DNA of 64,000 nt, taken from assembly GCA_964016885.1 (NCBI GenBank), contig OZ024766.1, positions 14,632,001 through 14,696,000 on the forward strand, read 5' to 3'. This stretch comes from Eledone cirrhosa (taxonomy: Eukaryota). The position numbers and the translations under genes were made by a program. The number at the start of each line of letters is the position of its first letter. Position 1 is the stretch's first letter. Of the stretch, positions 25,236 through 37,179 are shown piece by piece. The notes under the pieces are model-generated. The model was not told the origin of the DNA and ran no database searches. It saw only the letters and a program-made list of their open reading frames with translations.

Positions 25236-28200
25236 TTTCATGTTGATCAAAACACATTTCATGTTGGTCAAAACACATTTCATGTTGATCAAAACACATT
25301 TCATGTTGGTGAAAACACATTTCATGTTGATCAAAACACATTTCATGTTGGTCAAAACACATTTCATGTTGATCAAAACACATTTCATGTTGGTCAAAAC
25401 ACATTTCATGTTGATCAAAACACATTTCATGTTGGTCAAAACACATTTCATGTTGCTCAAAACACATTTCATGTTGAACAAAACACATTCCATGTTGATC
25501 AAAACACATTCCATGTTGGTCAAAACACATTTCATGTTGATCAAAACACATTTCATGTTGATCAAAACACATTTCATGTTGATCAAAACACATTTCATGT
25601 TGGTCAAAACACATTTCATGTTGATCAAAACACATTCCATGTTGGTCAAAACACATTTCATGTTGATCAAAACACATTTCATGTTGATCAAAACACATTT
25701 CATGTTGATCAAAACACATTTCATGTTGGTCAAAACACATTTCATGTTGATCAAAACACATTTCATGTTGATCAAAACACATTTCATGTTGATCAAAACA
25801 CATTTCATGTTGATCAAAACACATTTCATGTTTGCCAAAACGCATTTCATGTTGGTCAAAATACATTTCATGTTGATCAAAACACATTTCATGTTGGTCA
25901 AAACACACTTCATATTGATCAAAACACATTTCATGTTGATCAAAACACATTCCATGTTGGTCAAAACACATTTCATGTTGATCAAAACATTTCATGTTGA
26001 TCAAAAACACATTCCATGTTGGTCAAAACACATTTCATGTTGGTCAAAACACATTTCATGTTGATCAAAAACACATTGCATGTTGATCAAAACACATTTC
26101 ATGTTGATCAAAACACATTCCATGTTGATCAAAACACATTTCATGTTGATCAAAACACATTTCATGTTGATGAAAACACATTCCATGTTGATCAAAACAC
26201 ATTTCATGTTGGTCAAAACACATTTCATGTTGATCAAAACACATCTCATGTTGATCAAAACACATTTCATGTTGAACAAAACACATTTCATGTTGATCAA
26301 AACACATTTCATGTTGATCAAAACACATTTCATGTTGATCAAAACACATTTCATGTTGAACAAAACACATTCCATGTTGATCAAAACACATTTCATGTTG
26401 GTCAAAACACATTTCATGTTGGTCAAAACACATTTCATGTTGATCAAAACACATTTCATGTTGATCAAAACACATTTCATGTTGAACAAAACACATTCCA
26501 TGTTGATCAAAACACATTTCATGTTGATCAAAACACATTCCATGTTGATCAAAACACATTTCATGTTGGTCAAAACACATTTCATGTTGATCAAAACACA
26601 TTCCATGTTGATCAAAACACATTTCATGTTGGTCAAAACACATTTCATGTTGGTCAAAACACATTTCATGTTGATCAAAACACATTTCATGTTGATCAAA
26701 ACACATTCCATGTTGATCAAAACACATTTCATGTTGGTCAAAACACATTTCATGTTGATCAAAACACATTTCATGTTGATCAAAACACATTCCATGTTGA
26801 TCAAAACACATTTCATGTTGGTCAAAACATTTCATGTTGATCAAAAACACATTCCATGTTGGTCAAAACACATTTCATGTTGGTCAAAACACATTTCATG
26901 TTGGTCAAAACACATTTCATGTTGATCAAAACACATTTCATGTTGGTCAAAACACATTTCATGTTGATCAAAACACATTTCATGTTGGTCAAAACACATT
27001 TCATGTTAGTCAAAACACATTTCATGTTGATCAAAACACATTTCATGTTGATCAAAACACATTTCATGTTGAACAAAACACATTCCATGTTGAACAAAAC
27101 ACATTCCATGTTGAACAAAACACATTTCATGTTGATCAAAACACATTTCATGTTGGTCAAAACACATTTCATGTTGATGAAAACACATTTCATGTTGATC
27201 AAAACACATTTCATGTTGATCAAAACACATTTCATGTTGGTCAAAACACATTTCATGTTGATCAAAACACATTTCATGTTGGTCAAAACACATTTCATGT
27301 TGATCAAAACACATTTCATGTTGATCAAAACACATTTCATGTTGGTGAAAACACATTTCATGTTGATCAAAACACATTCCATGTTGAACAAAACACATTT
27401 CATGTTGATCAAAACACATTTCATGTTGGTCAAAACACATTTCATGTTGGTCAAAACACATTTCATGTTGATCAAAACACATTTCATGTTGATCAAAACA
27501 CATTTCATGTTGAACAAAACACATTCCATGTTGATCAAAACACATTTCATGTTGATCAAAACACATTCCATGTTGATCAAAACACATTTCATGTTGGTCA
27601 AAACACATTTCATGTTGATCAAAACACATTCCATGTTGATCAAAACACATTTCATGTTGGTCAAAACACATTTCATGTTGGTCAAAACACATTTCATGTT
27701 GATCAAAACACATTTCATGTTGATCAAAACACATTCCATGTTGATCAAAACACATTTCATGTTGGTCAAAACACATTTCATGTTGGTCAAAACACATTTC
27801 ATGTTGGTCAAAACACATTTCATGTTGATCAAAACACATTTCATGTTGATCAAAACACATTTCATGTTGATCAAAACACATTTCATGTTGATCAAAACAC
27901 ATTTCATGTTGATCAAAACACATTCCATGTTGATCAAAACACATTTCATGTTGGTCAAAACATTTCATGTTGATCAAAAACACATTCCATGTTGGTCAAA
28001 ACACATTTCATGTTGGTCAAAACACATTTCATGTTGGTCAAAACACATTTCATGTTGATCAAAACACATTTCATGTTGGTCAAAACACATTTCATGTTGA
28101 TCAAAACACATTTCATGTTGGTCAAAACACATTTCATGTTAGTCAAAACACATTTCATGTTGATCAAAACACATTTCATGTTGATCAAAACACATTTCAT

Positions 28201-28857
28201 GTTGGTCAAAACACATTTCATGTTGATCAAAACACATTCCATGTTGATCAAAACACATTTCATGTTGGTCAAAACATTTCATGTTGATCAAAAACACATT
28301 CCATGTTGGTCAAAACACATTTCATGTTGGTCAAAACACATTTCATGTTGGTCAAAACACATTTCATGTTGATCAAAACACATTCCATGTTGATCAAAAC
28401 ACATTTCATGTTGGTCAAAACACATTCCATGTTGATCAAAACACATTCCATGTTGGTCAAAACACATTTCATGTTGATGAAAACACATTTCATGTTGATC
28501 AAAACACATTTCATGTTGATCAAAACACATTTCATGTTGATCAAAACACATTTCATGTTGATCAAAACACATTTCATGTTGGTCAAAACACATTTCATGT
28601 TGATCAAAACACATTTCATGTTGGTCAAAACACATTTCATGTTGATCAAAACACATTTCATGTTGATCAAAACACATTTCATGTTGGTGAAAACACATTT
28701 CATGTTGATCAAAACACATTCCATGTTGAACAAAACACATTTCATGTTGATCAAAACACATTTCATGTTGATCAAAACACATTTCATGTTGAACAAAACA
28801 CATTTCATGTTGATCAAAACAAATTCCATGTTGATCAAAACACATTCCATGTTGATC
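25236..28857. repeat. 21-bp minisatellite, about 172 copies, with higher-order blocks
   Basis: (TTTCATGTTGATCAAAACACA)n; a paired indel marker recurs near 25985, 26825, 27958, 28272. Confidence 0.98.
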
Positions 28858-28899
28858 CAGTCTACTAATCTGAACATGAGTAGCAGCAATAGTTGGGGG

Positions 28900-29055
28900 T
28901 TTATCCGCGCGATGGAAGACTTTTCCCTGAAAATGGAAGGCAAACTGTTTAATGCATGCATAGGAACATCAATGTTGCATGGTAGCGAGATTTTGGCGGT
29001 GTGTGCAGAAGACTGGTACACAGGAAGCATGCATGCATGCTACATTGGATGGACT
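28900..29055 (+). pseudogene. Old RTE LINE fragment
   Basis: FSLKMEGKLFNACIGTSMLHGSE, compare FSLKMKGRLYDACIRTAMLHGSET at about 13755. Confidence 0.8.
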
Positions 29056-29057
29056 GT

Positions 29058-29246
29058 AATAATTGTTTCTACGTTAGGCACAAGGCCAGCAATTACCCCA
29101 GTGTATTACTGGTACTTTATCTTATTGACCCCGTAAGGATGAAAGGCAAAGTTAACCTCGGCGGGATTTGAACTCAGAATGGAAAGGGCCGTAACTCTAT
29201 GTGTCAAAGAATGGCATCCGACCCTCTACCAATACTGCCAATCCAC
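29058..29246 (-). mobile_element. SINE family B copy
   Basis: Reverse complement of 23452-23644. Confidence 0.9.
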
Positions 29247-29700
29247 CACCCTAACATGGTTTCTGACCCTCTACCCTTACTGCCAACCCACCACCCTAAC
29301 CTGACATCTGACCCTCTACCAATACTGCCAACCCACCACCCTAACATGGTGTCTGACCCTCTACAAATACTGCCAACCCACCACCCTAACCTGACATCTG
29401 ACCCTCTACAAATACTGCCAACCCACCACCCTAACCTGACACTCTACCAATACTGCCAACCCACCACCCTAACATGACATCTGACCCTCTACCCTTACTG
29501 CCAACCCACCACCCTAACCTGACATCTGACCCTCTACCAATACTGCAAATCTACCACCCTAACATGGTGTCTGACCCTCTACCCTTACTGCCAACCCACC
29601 ACCCTAACCTGACATCTGACCCTCTACCAATACTGCAAATCTACCACACTAACATGGCATCTGACCCTCTACCCTTACTACCAATCTACCACCCTAACAT
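29210..29700 (-). repeat. 45-bp tandem repeat (about 11 copies) made of the SINE-B head plus flank
   Basis: ATGGCATCCGACCCTCTACCAATACTGCCAATCCACC-ACCCTAAC unit, with variants. Confidence 0.9.
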
Positions 29701-32700
29701 GTGATGAGGTAAGAGAGAAACTGGGTATAAGAGGGATAAGTTGTGGTGTGTGGGAGAGAAGACTGAGATGGTATGGACATGTGATGTGTTGAGAGAGAAA
29801 CTGTGTATAAGAGGGATAAGTTACAACTTATCCCTCTTATACACAGTTTCTCTCTCAACACATCACATGTCCATAAGTTGTAGTGTGTGGGAGAGAAGAC
29901 TGAGATGGAATGGACATGTGATGCGTTGAGAGAGAAACTGTGTATAAGAGGGATAAGTTGTAGTGTGTGGGAGAGAAGACCGAGATGGTATGGACATGTG
30001 ATGTGTTGAGAGAGAAACTGTGTATAAGAGGGATAAGTTGTAGTGTGTGGGAGAGAAGACCGAGATGGTATGGACATGTGATGTGTTGAGGGAGAAACTG
30101 GGTATAAGAGGGATAAGTTGTGGTGTGTGGGAGAGAAGACTGAGATGGTATGGACATGTGATGTGTTGAGAGAGAAACTGTGTATAAGAGGGATAAGTTG
30201 TGGTGTGTGGGAGAGAAAACTGAGATGGTATGGACATGTGATATGTTGAGAGATTAACTGTGTATAAGAGGGATAAGTTGTAGTGATTGGGAGAGAAGAC
30301 TGAGATGGTATGGACATGTGATGTGTTGAGAGAGAAACTGTGTCTGAGAGAGATAGAATGTAGTGTACGGGAGAGGAGACTGAGGTGGTATGGACATGTG
30401 ATGTGTTGAGAGAGAAACTGTGTCTGAGAGGGATAGAATGTAGTGTACGGGAGAGGAGACTGAGGTGGTATGGACATGTGATGTGTTGAGAGAGAAACTG
30501 TGTCTGAGAGAGATAGAATGTAGTGTACGGGAGAGGAGACTGAGGTGGTATGGACATGTGATGTGGTGAGAGAGAAACTGTGTCTGAGAGGGATAGAATG
30601 TAGTGTACGGGAGAGGAGCCTGAGATGGTATGGACATGTGATGTGGTGAGAGAGAAACTGTGTCTGAGAGGGATAGAATGTAGTGTACGGGAGAGGAGAC
30701 TGAAGTGGTATGGACATGTGATGTGTTGAGAGAGAAACTGTGTCTGAGAAGGATAGAATGTAGTGTACGGGAGAGGAGACTGAGGTGGTATGGACATGTG
30801 ATGTGTTGAGAGAGAAACTGTGTCTGAGAAGGATAGAATGTAGTGTACGGGAGAGGAGACTGAGGTGGTATGGACATGTGATGTGTTGAGAGAGAAACTG
30901 TGTCTGAGAAGGATAGAATGTAGTGTACGGGAGAGGAGACTGAGGTGGTATGGACATGTGATGTGTTGAGAGAGAAACTGTGTCTGAGAAGGATAGAATG
31001 TAGTGTACGGGAGAGGAGACTGAGGTGGTATGGACATGTGATGTGTTGAGAGAGAAACTGTGTCTGAGAAGGATAGAATGTAGTGTACGGGAGAGGAGAC
31101 TGAGGTGGTATGGACATGTGATGTGTTGAGAGAGAAACTGTGTCTGAGAGGGATAGAATGTAGTGTACGGGAGAGGAGGCTGAGGTGGTATGGAATGTGA
31201 TGTGTTGAGAGAGAAACTGTGTCTGAGAAGGATAGAATGTAGTGTACGGGAGAGGAGACTGAGGTGGTATGGACATGTGATGTGTTGAGAGAGAAACTAT
31301 ATCTGAGAGGGATAGAATGTAGTGTACGGGACAGGAGACTGAGGTGGTATGGACATGTGATGTGTTGAGAGAGAAACTGTGTCTGAGAAGGATAGAATGT
31401 AGTGTACGGGAGAGGAGACTGAGGTGGTATGGACATGTGATGTGTTGAGAGAGAAACTGTGTCTGAGAAGGATAGAATGTAGTGTACGGGAGAGGAGACT
31501 GAGGTGGTATGGACATGTAATGTGTTGAGAGAGAAACTGTGTCTGAGAGGGATAGAATGTAGTGTACGGGAGAGGAGACTGAGGTGGTATGGACATGTGA
31601 TGTGTTGAGAGAGAAACTGTGTCTGAGAGGGATAGAATGTAGTGTACGGGAGAGGAGACTGAGGTGGTATGGACATGTAATGTGTTGAGAGAGAAACTGT
31701 GTCTGAGAGGGATAGAATGTAGTGTACGGGAGAGGAGACTGAGGTGGTATGGACATGTGATGTGTTGAGAGAGAAACTGTGTCTGAGAGGGATAGAATGT
31801 AGTGTACGGGAGAGGAGACTGAGGTGGTATGGACATGTGATGTGTTGAGAGAGAAACTGTGTCTGAGAGGGATAGAATGTAGTGTACGGGAGAGGAGACT
31901 GAGGTGGTATGGACATGTAATGTGTTGAGAGAGAAACTGTGTCCGAGAGGGATAGAATGTAGTGTACGGGAGAGGAGACTGAGGTGGTATGGACATGTGA
32001 TGTGTTGAGAGAGAAACTGTGTCTGAGAGGGATAGAATGTAGTGTACGGGAGAGGAGACTGAGGTGGTATGGACATGTGATGTGTTGAGAGAGAAACTGT
32101 GTCTGAGAGGGATAGAATGTAGTGTACGGGAGAGGAGACTGAGGTGGTATGGACATGTGATGTGTTGAGAGAGAAACTGTGTCTGAGAGGGATAGAATGT
32201 AGTGTACGGGAGAGGAGACTGAGGTGGTATGGACATGTGATGTGTTGAGAGAGAAACTGTGTCTGAGAGGGATAGTGTACGGGAGAGGAGACTGAGGTGG
32301 TATGGACATGTGATGTGTTGAGAGAGAAACTGTGTCTGAGAGGGATAGAATGTAGTGTACGGGAGAGGAGACTGAGGTGGTATGGACATGTGATGTGTTG
32401 AGAGAGAAACTGTGTCTGAGAAGGATAGAATGTAGTGTACGGGAGAGGAGACTGAGGTGGTATGGACATGTGATGTGTTGAGAGAGAAACTGTGTCTGAG
32501 AAGGATAGAATGTAGTGTACGGGAGAGGAGACTGAGGTGGTATGGACATGTGATGTGTTGAGAGAGAAACTGTGTCTGAGAAGGATAGAATGTAGTGTAC
32601 GGGAGAGGAGACTGAGGTGGTATGGACATGTGATGTGTTGAGAGAGAAACTGTGTCTGAGAAGGATAGAATGTAGTGTACGGGAGAGGAGACTGAGGTGG

Positions 32701-35700
32701 TATGGACATGTGATGTGTTGAGAGAGAAACTGTGTCTGAGAAGGATAGAATGTAGTGTACGGGAGAGGAGACTGAGGTGGTATGGACATGTGATGTGTTG
32801 AGAGAGAAACTGTGTCTGAGAGGGATAGTGTACGGGAGAGGAGACTGAGGTGGTATGGACATGTGATGTGTTGAGAGAGAAACTGTGTCTGAGAGGGATA
32901 GAATGTAGTGTACGGGAGAGGAGACTGAGGTGGTATGGACATGTGATGTGTTGAGAGAGAAACTGTGTCTGAGAAGGATAGAATGTAGTGTACGGGAGAG
33001 GAGACTGAGGTGGTATGGACATGTGATGTGTTGAGAGAGAAACTGTGTCTGAGAAGGATAGAATGTAGTGTACGGGAGAGGAGACTGAGGTGGTATGGAC
33101 ATGTGATGTGTTGAGAGAGAAACTGTGTCTGAGAAGGATAGAATGTAGTGTACGGGAGAGGAGACTGAGGTGGTATGGACATGTGATGTGTTGAGAGAGA
33201 AACTGTGTCTGAGAAGGATAGAATGTAGTGTACGGGAGAGGAGACTGAGGTGGTATGGACATGTGATGTGTTGAGAGAGAAACTGTGTCTGAGAGGGATA
33301 GAATGTAGTGTACGGGAGAGGAGGCTGAGGTGGTATGGAATGTGATGTGTTGAGAGAGAAACTGTGTCTGAGAAGGATAGAATGTAGTGTACGGGAGAGG
33401 AGACTGAGGTGGTATGGACATGTGATGTGTTGAGAGAGAAACTGTATCTGAGAGGGATAGAATGTAGTGTACGGGACAGGAGACTGAGGTGGTATGGACA
33501 TGTGATGTGTTGAGAGAGAAACTGTGTCTGAGAAGGATAGAATGTAGTGTACGGGAGAGGAGACTGAGGTGGTATGGACATGTGATGTGTTGAGAGAGAA
33601 ACTGTGTCTGAGAAGGATAGAATGTAGTGTACGGGAGAGGAGACTGAGGTGGTATGGACATGTAATGTGTTGAGAGAGAAACTGTGTCTGAGAGGGATAG
33701 AATGTAGTGTACGGGAGAGGAGACTGAGGTGGTATGGACATGTGATGTGTTGAGAGAGAAACTGTGTCTGAGAGGGATAGAATGTAGTGTACGGGAGAGG
33801 AGACTGAGGTGGTATGGACATGTAATGTGTTGAGAGAGAAACTGTGTCTGAGAGGGATAGAATGTAGTGTACGGGAGAGGAGACTGAGGTGGTATGGACA
33901 TGTGATGTGTTGAGAGAGAAACTGTGTCTGAGAGGGATAGAATGTAGTGTACGGGAGAGGAGACTGAGGTGGTATGGACATGTGATGTGTTGAGAGAGAA
34001 ACTGTGTCTGAGAGGGATAGAATGTAGTGTACGGGAGAGGAGACTGAGGTGGTATGGACATGTAATGTGTTGAGAGAGAAACTGTGTCCGAGAGGGATAG
34101 AATGTAGTGTACGGGAGAGGAGACTGAGGTGGTATGGACATGTGATGTGTTGAGAGAGAAACTGTGTCTGAGAGGGATAGAATGTAGTGTACGGGAGAGG
34201 AGACTGAGGTGGTATGGACATGTGATGTGTTGAGAGAGAAACTGTGTCTGAGAGGGATAGAATGTAGTGTACGGGAGAGGAGACTGAGGTGGTATGGACA
34301 TGTGATGTGTTGAGAGAGAAACTGTCTGAGAGGGATAGAATGTAGTGTACGGGAGAGGAGACTGAGGTGGTATGGACATGTGATGTGTTGAGAGAGAAAC
34401 TGTGTCTGAGAGGGATAGTGTACGGGAGAGGAGACTGAGGTGGTATGGACATGTGATGTGTTGAGAGAGAAACTGTGTCTGAGAGGGATAGAATGTAGTG
34501 TACGGGAGAGGAGACTGAGGTGGTATGGACATGTGATGTGTTGAGAGAGAAACTGTGTCTGAGAAGGATAGAATGTAGTGTACGGGAGAGGAGACTGAGG
34601 TGGTATGGACATGTGATGTGTTGAGAGAGAAACTGTGTCTGAGAAGGATAGAATGTAGTGTACGGGAGAGGAGACTGAGGTGGTATGGACATGTGATGTG
34701 TTGAGAGAGAAACTGTGTCTGAGAAGGATAGAATGTAGTGTACGGGAGAGGAGACTGAGGTGGTATGGACATGTGATGTGTTGAGAGAGAAACTGTGTCT
34801 GAGAAGGATAGAATGTAGTGTACGGGAGAGGAGACTGAGGTGGTATGGACATGTGATGTGTTGAGAGAGAAACTGTGTCTGAGAGGGATAGTGTACGGGA
34901 GAGGAGACTGAGGTGGTATGGACATGTGATGTGTTGAGAGAGAAACTGTGTCTGAGAGGGATAGAATGTAGTGTACGGGAGAGGAGACTGAGGTGGTATG
35001 GACATGTGATGTGTTGAGAGAGAAACTGTGTCTGAGAAGGATAGAATGTAGTGTACGGGAGAGGAGACTGAGGTGGTATGGACATGTGATGTGTTGAGAG
35101 AGAAACTGTGTCTGAGAAGGATAGAATGTAGTGTACGGGAGAGGAGACTGAGGTGGTATGGACATGTGATGTGTTGAGAGAGAAACTGTGTCTGAGAAGG
35201 ATAGAATGTAGTGTACGGGAGAGGAGACTGAGGTGGTATGGACATGTGATGTGTTGAGAGAGAAACTGTGTCTGAGAAGGATAGAATGTAGTGTACGGGA
35301 GAGGAGACTGAGGTGGTATGGACATGTGATGTGTTGAGAGAGAAACTGTGTCTGAGAGGGATAGAATGTAGTGTACGGGAGGGGAGGCTGAGGTGGTATG
35401 GAATGTGATGTGTTGAGAGAGAAACTGTGTCTGAGAAGGATAGAATGTAGTGTACGGGAGAGGAGACTGAGGTGGTATGGACATGTGATGTGTTGAGAGA
35501 GAAACTGTATCTGAGAGGGATAGAATGTAGTGTACGGGACAGGAGACTGAGGTGGTATGGACATGTGATGTGTTGAGAGAGAAACTGTGTCTGAGAAGGA
35601 TAGAATGTAGTGTACGGGAGAGGAGACTGAGGTGGTATGGACATGTGATGTGTTGAGAGAGAAACTGTGTCTGAGAAGGATAGAATGTAGTGTACGGGAG

Positions 35701-36844
35701 AGGAGACTGAGGTGGTATGGACATGTAATGTGTTGAGAGAGAAACTGTGTCTGAGAGGGATAGAATGTAGTGTACGGGAGAGGAGACTGAGGTGGTATGG
35801 ACATGTGATGTGTTGAGAGAGAAACTGTGTCTGAGAGGGATAGAATGTAGTGTACGGGAGAGGAGACTGAGGTGGTATGGACTTGTAATGTGTTGAGAGA
35901 GAAACTGTGTCTGAGAGGGATAGAATGTAGTGTACGGGAGAGGAGACTGAGGTGGTATGGACATGTGATGTGTTGAGAGAGAAACTGTGTCTGAGAGGGA
36001 TAGAATGTAGTGTACGGGAGAGGAGACTGAGGTGGTATGGACATGTGATGTGTTGAGAGAGAAACTGTGTCTGAGAGGGATAGAATGTAGTGTACGGGAG
36101 AGGAGACTGAGGTGGTATGGACATGTAATGTGTTGAGAGAGAAACTGTGTCCGAGAGGGATAGAATGTAGTGTACGGGAGAGGAGACTGAGGTGGTATGG
36201 ACATGTGATGTGTTGAGAGAGAAACTGTGTCTGAGAGGGATAGAATGTAGTGTACGGGAGAGGAGACTGAGGTGGTATGGACATGTGATGTGTTGAGAGA
36301 GAAACTGTGTCTGAGAGGGATAGAATGTAGTGTACGGGAGAGGAGACTGAGGTGGTATGGACATGTGATGTGTTGAGAGAGAAACTGTGTCTGAGAGGGA
36401 TAGAATGTAGTGTACGGGAGAGGAGACTGAGGTGGTATGGACATGTGATGTGTTGAGAGAGAAACTGTGTCTGAGAGGGATAGTGTACGGGAGAGGAGAC
36501 TGAGGTGGTATGGACATGTGATGTGTTGAGAGAGAAACTGTGTCTGAGAGAGATAGAATGTAGTGTACGGGAGAGGAGACTGAGGTGGTATGGACATGTG
36601 ATGTGTTGAGAGAGAAACTGTGTCTGAGAGGGATAGAATGTAGTGTACGGGAGAGGAGACTGAGGTGGTATGGACATGTGATGTGTTGAGAGAGAAACTG
36701 TGTCTGAGAGGGATAGAATGTAGTGTACGGGAGAGGAGACTGAGGTGGTATGGACATGTGATGTGTTGAGAGAGAAACTGTGTCTGAGAGGGATAGAATG
36801 TAGTGTACAGGAGAGGAGACTGAGGTGGTATGGACATGTGATGC
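29697..36844 (+). repeat. 80-bp satellite (about 89 copies) derived from RTE ORF
   Basis: Unit matches the RTE segment LREKL.IRGI.C.V.ERRLRWYGHVM; two unit subtypes switching near 30340. Confidence 0.97.
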
Positions 36845-37083
36845 GCATGGAGGATGACCGATGGGTGAAGAAGTGCCAGGAAATCCCAGTAGAAAGAAGA
36901 CACAGAAGAGGTAGACAAGGAAAAACATGGGCGGAGGTGGTGAGAACAGACCTCAGATCGCTGAAGTTCACGGTGGAGATGACGAAGGACCGTGACAAGT
37001 GGAGAGATGCTGTGCTGTATAGGACCCGTCCCACCCTTGCAAGCAGGGAAGAGCGGACGTAAAATGATGATGATGATGATGAT
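36845..37083 (+). mobile_element. RTE 3' end contiguous with the last satellite unit
   Basis: RMEDDRWVKKCQEIPVERRHRRGRQGKTWAEVV...GGACGTAAAA(TGA)n. Confidence 0.95.
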
Positions 37084-37179
37084 ATATATATATACACCAT
37101 TCTGTCAATGTCAGCTGGTTACCATGGTAATGGTGAGGCATTGGCATTGCCAATTAGTTATCGATATTATATTACACTT

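Noticed and set aside
25213-29136. Heptapeptide-repeat ORFs (MLIKTHF, FHVDQNT)
   Set aside because: 21-bp minisatellite open in several frames, with frameshifting indels
29245-29700. CCCTAA telomere-like hexamers
   Set aside because: One hexamer per 45-bp unit, derived from the flank; not a telomeric array
29694-37100. 2468/2224/1873-aa minus-strand ORFs (and 1443/1385-aa at 59640-63971)
   Set aside because: Antisense of an 80-bp repeat that lacks stops in all three frames; no domain or gene context
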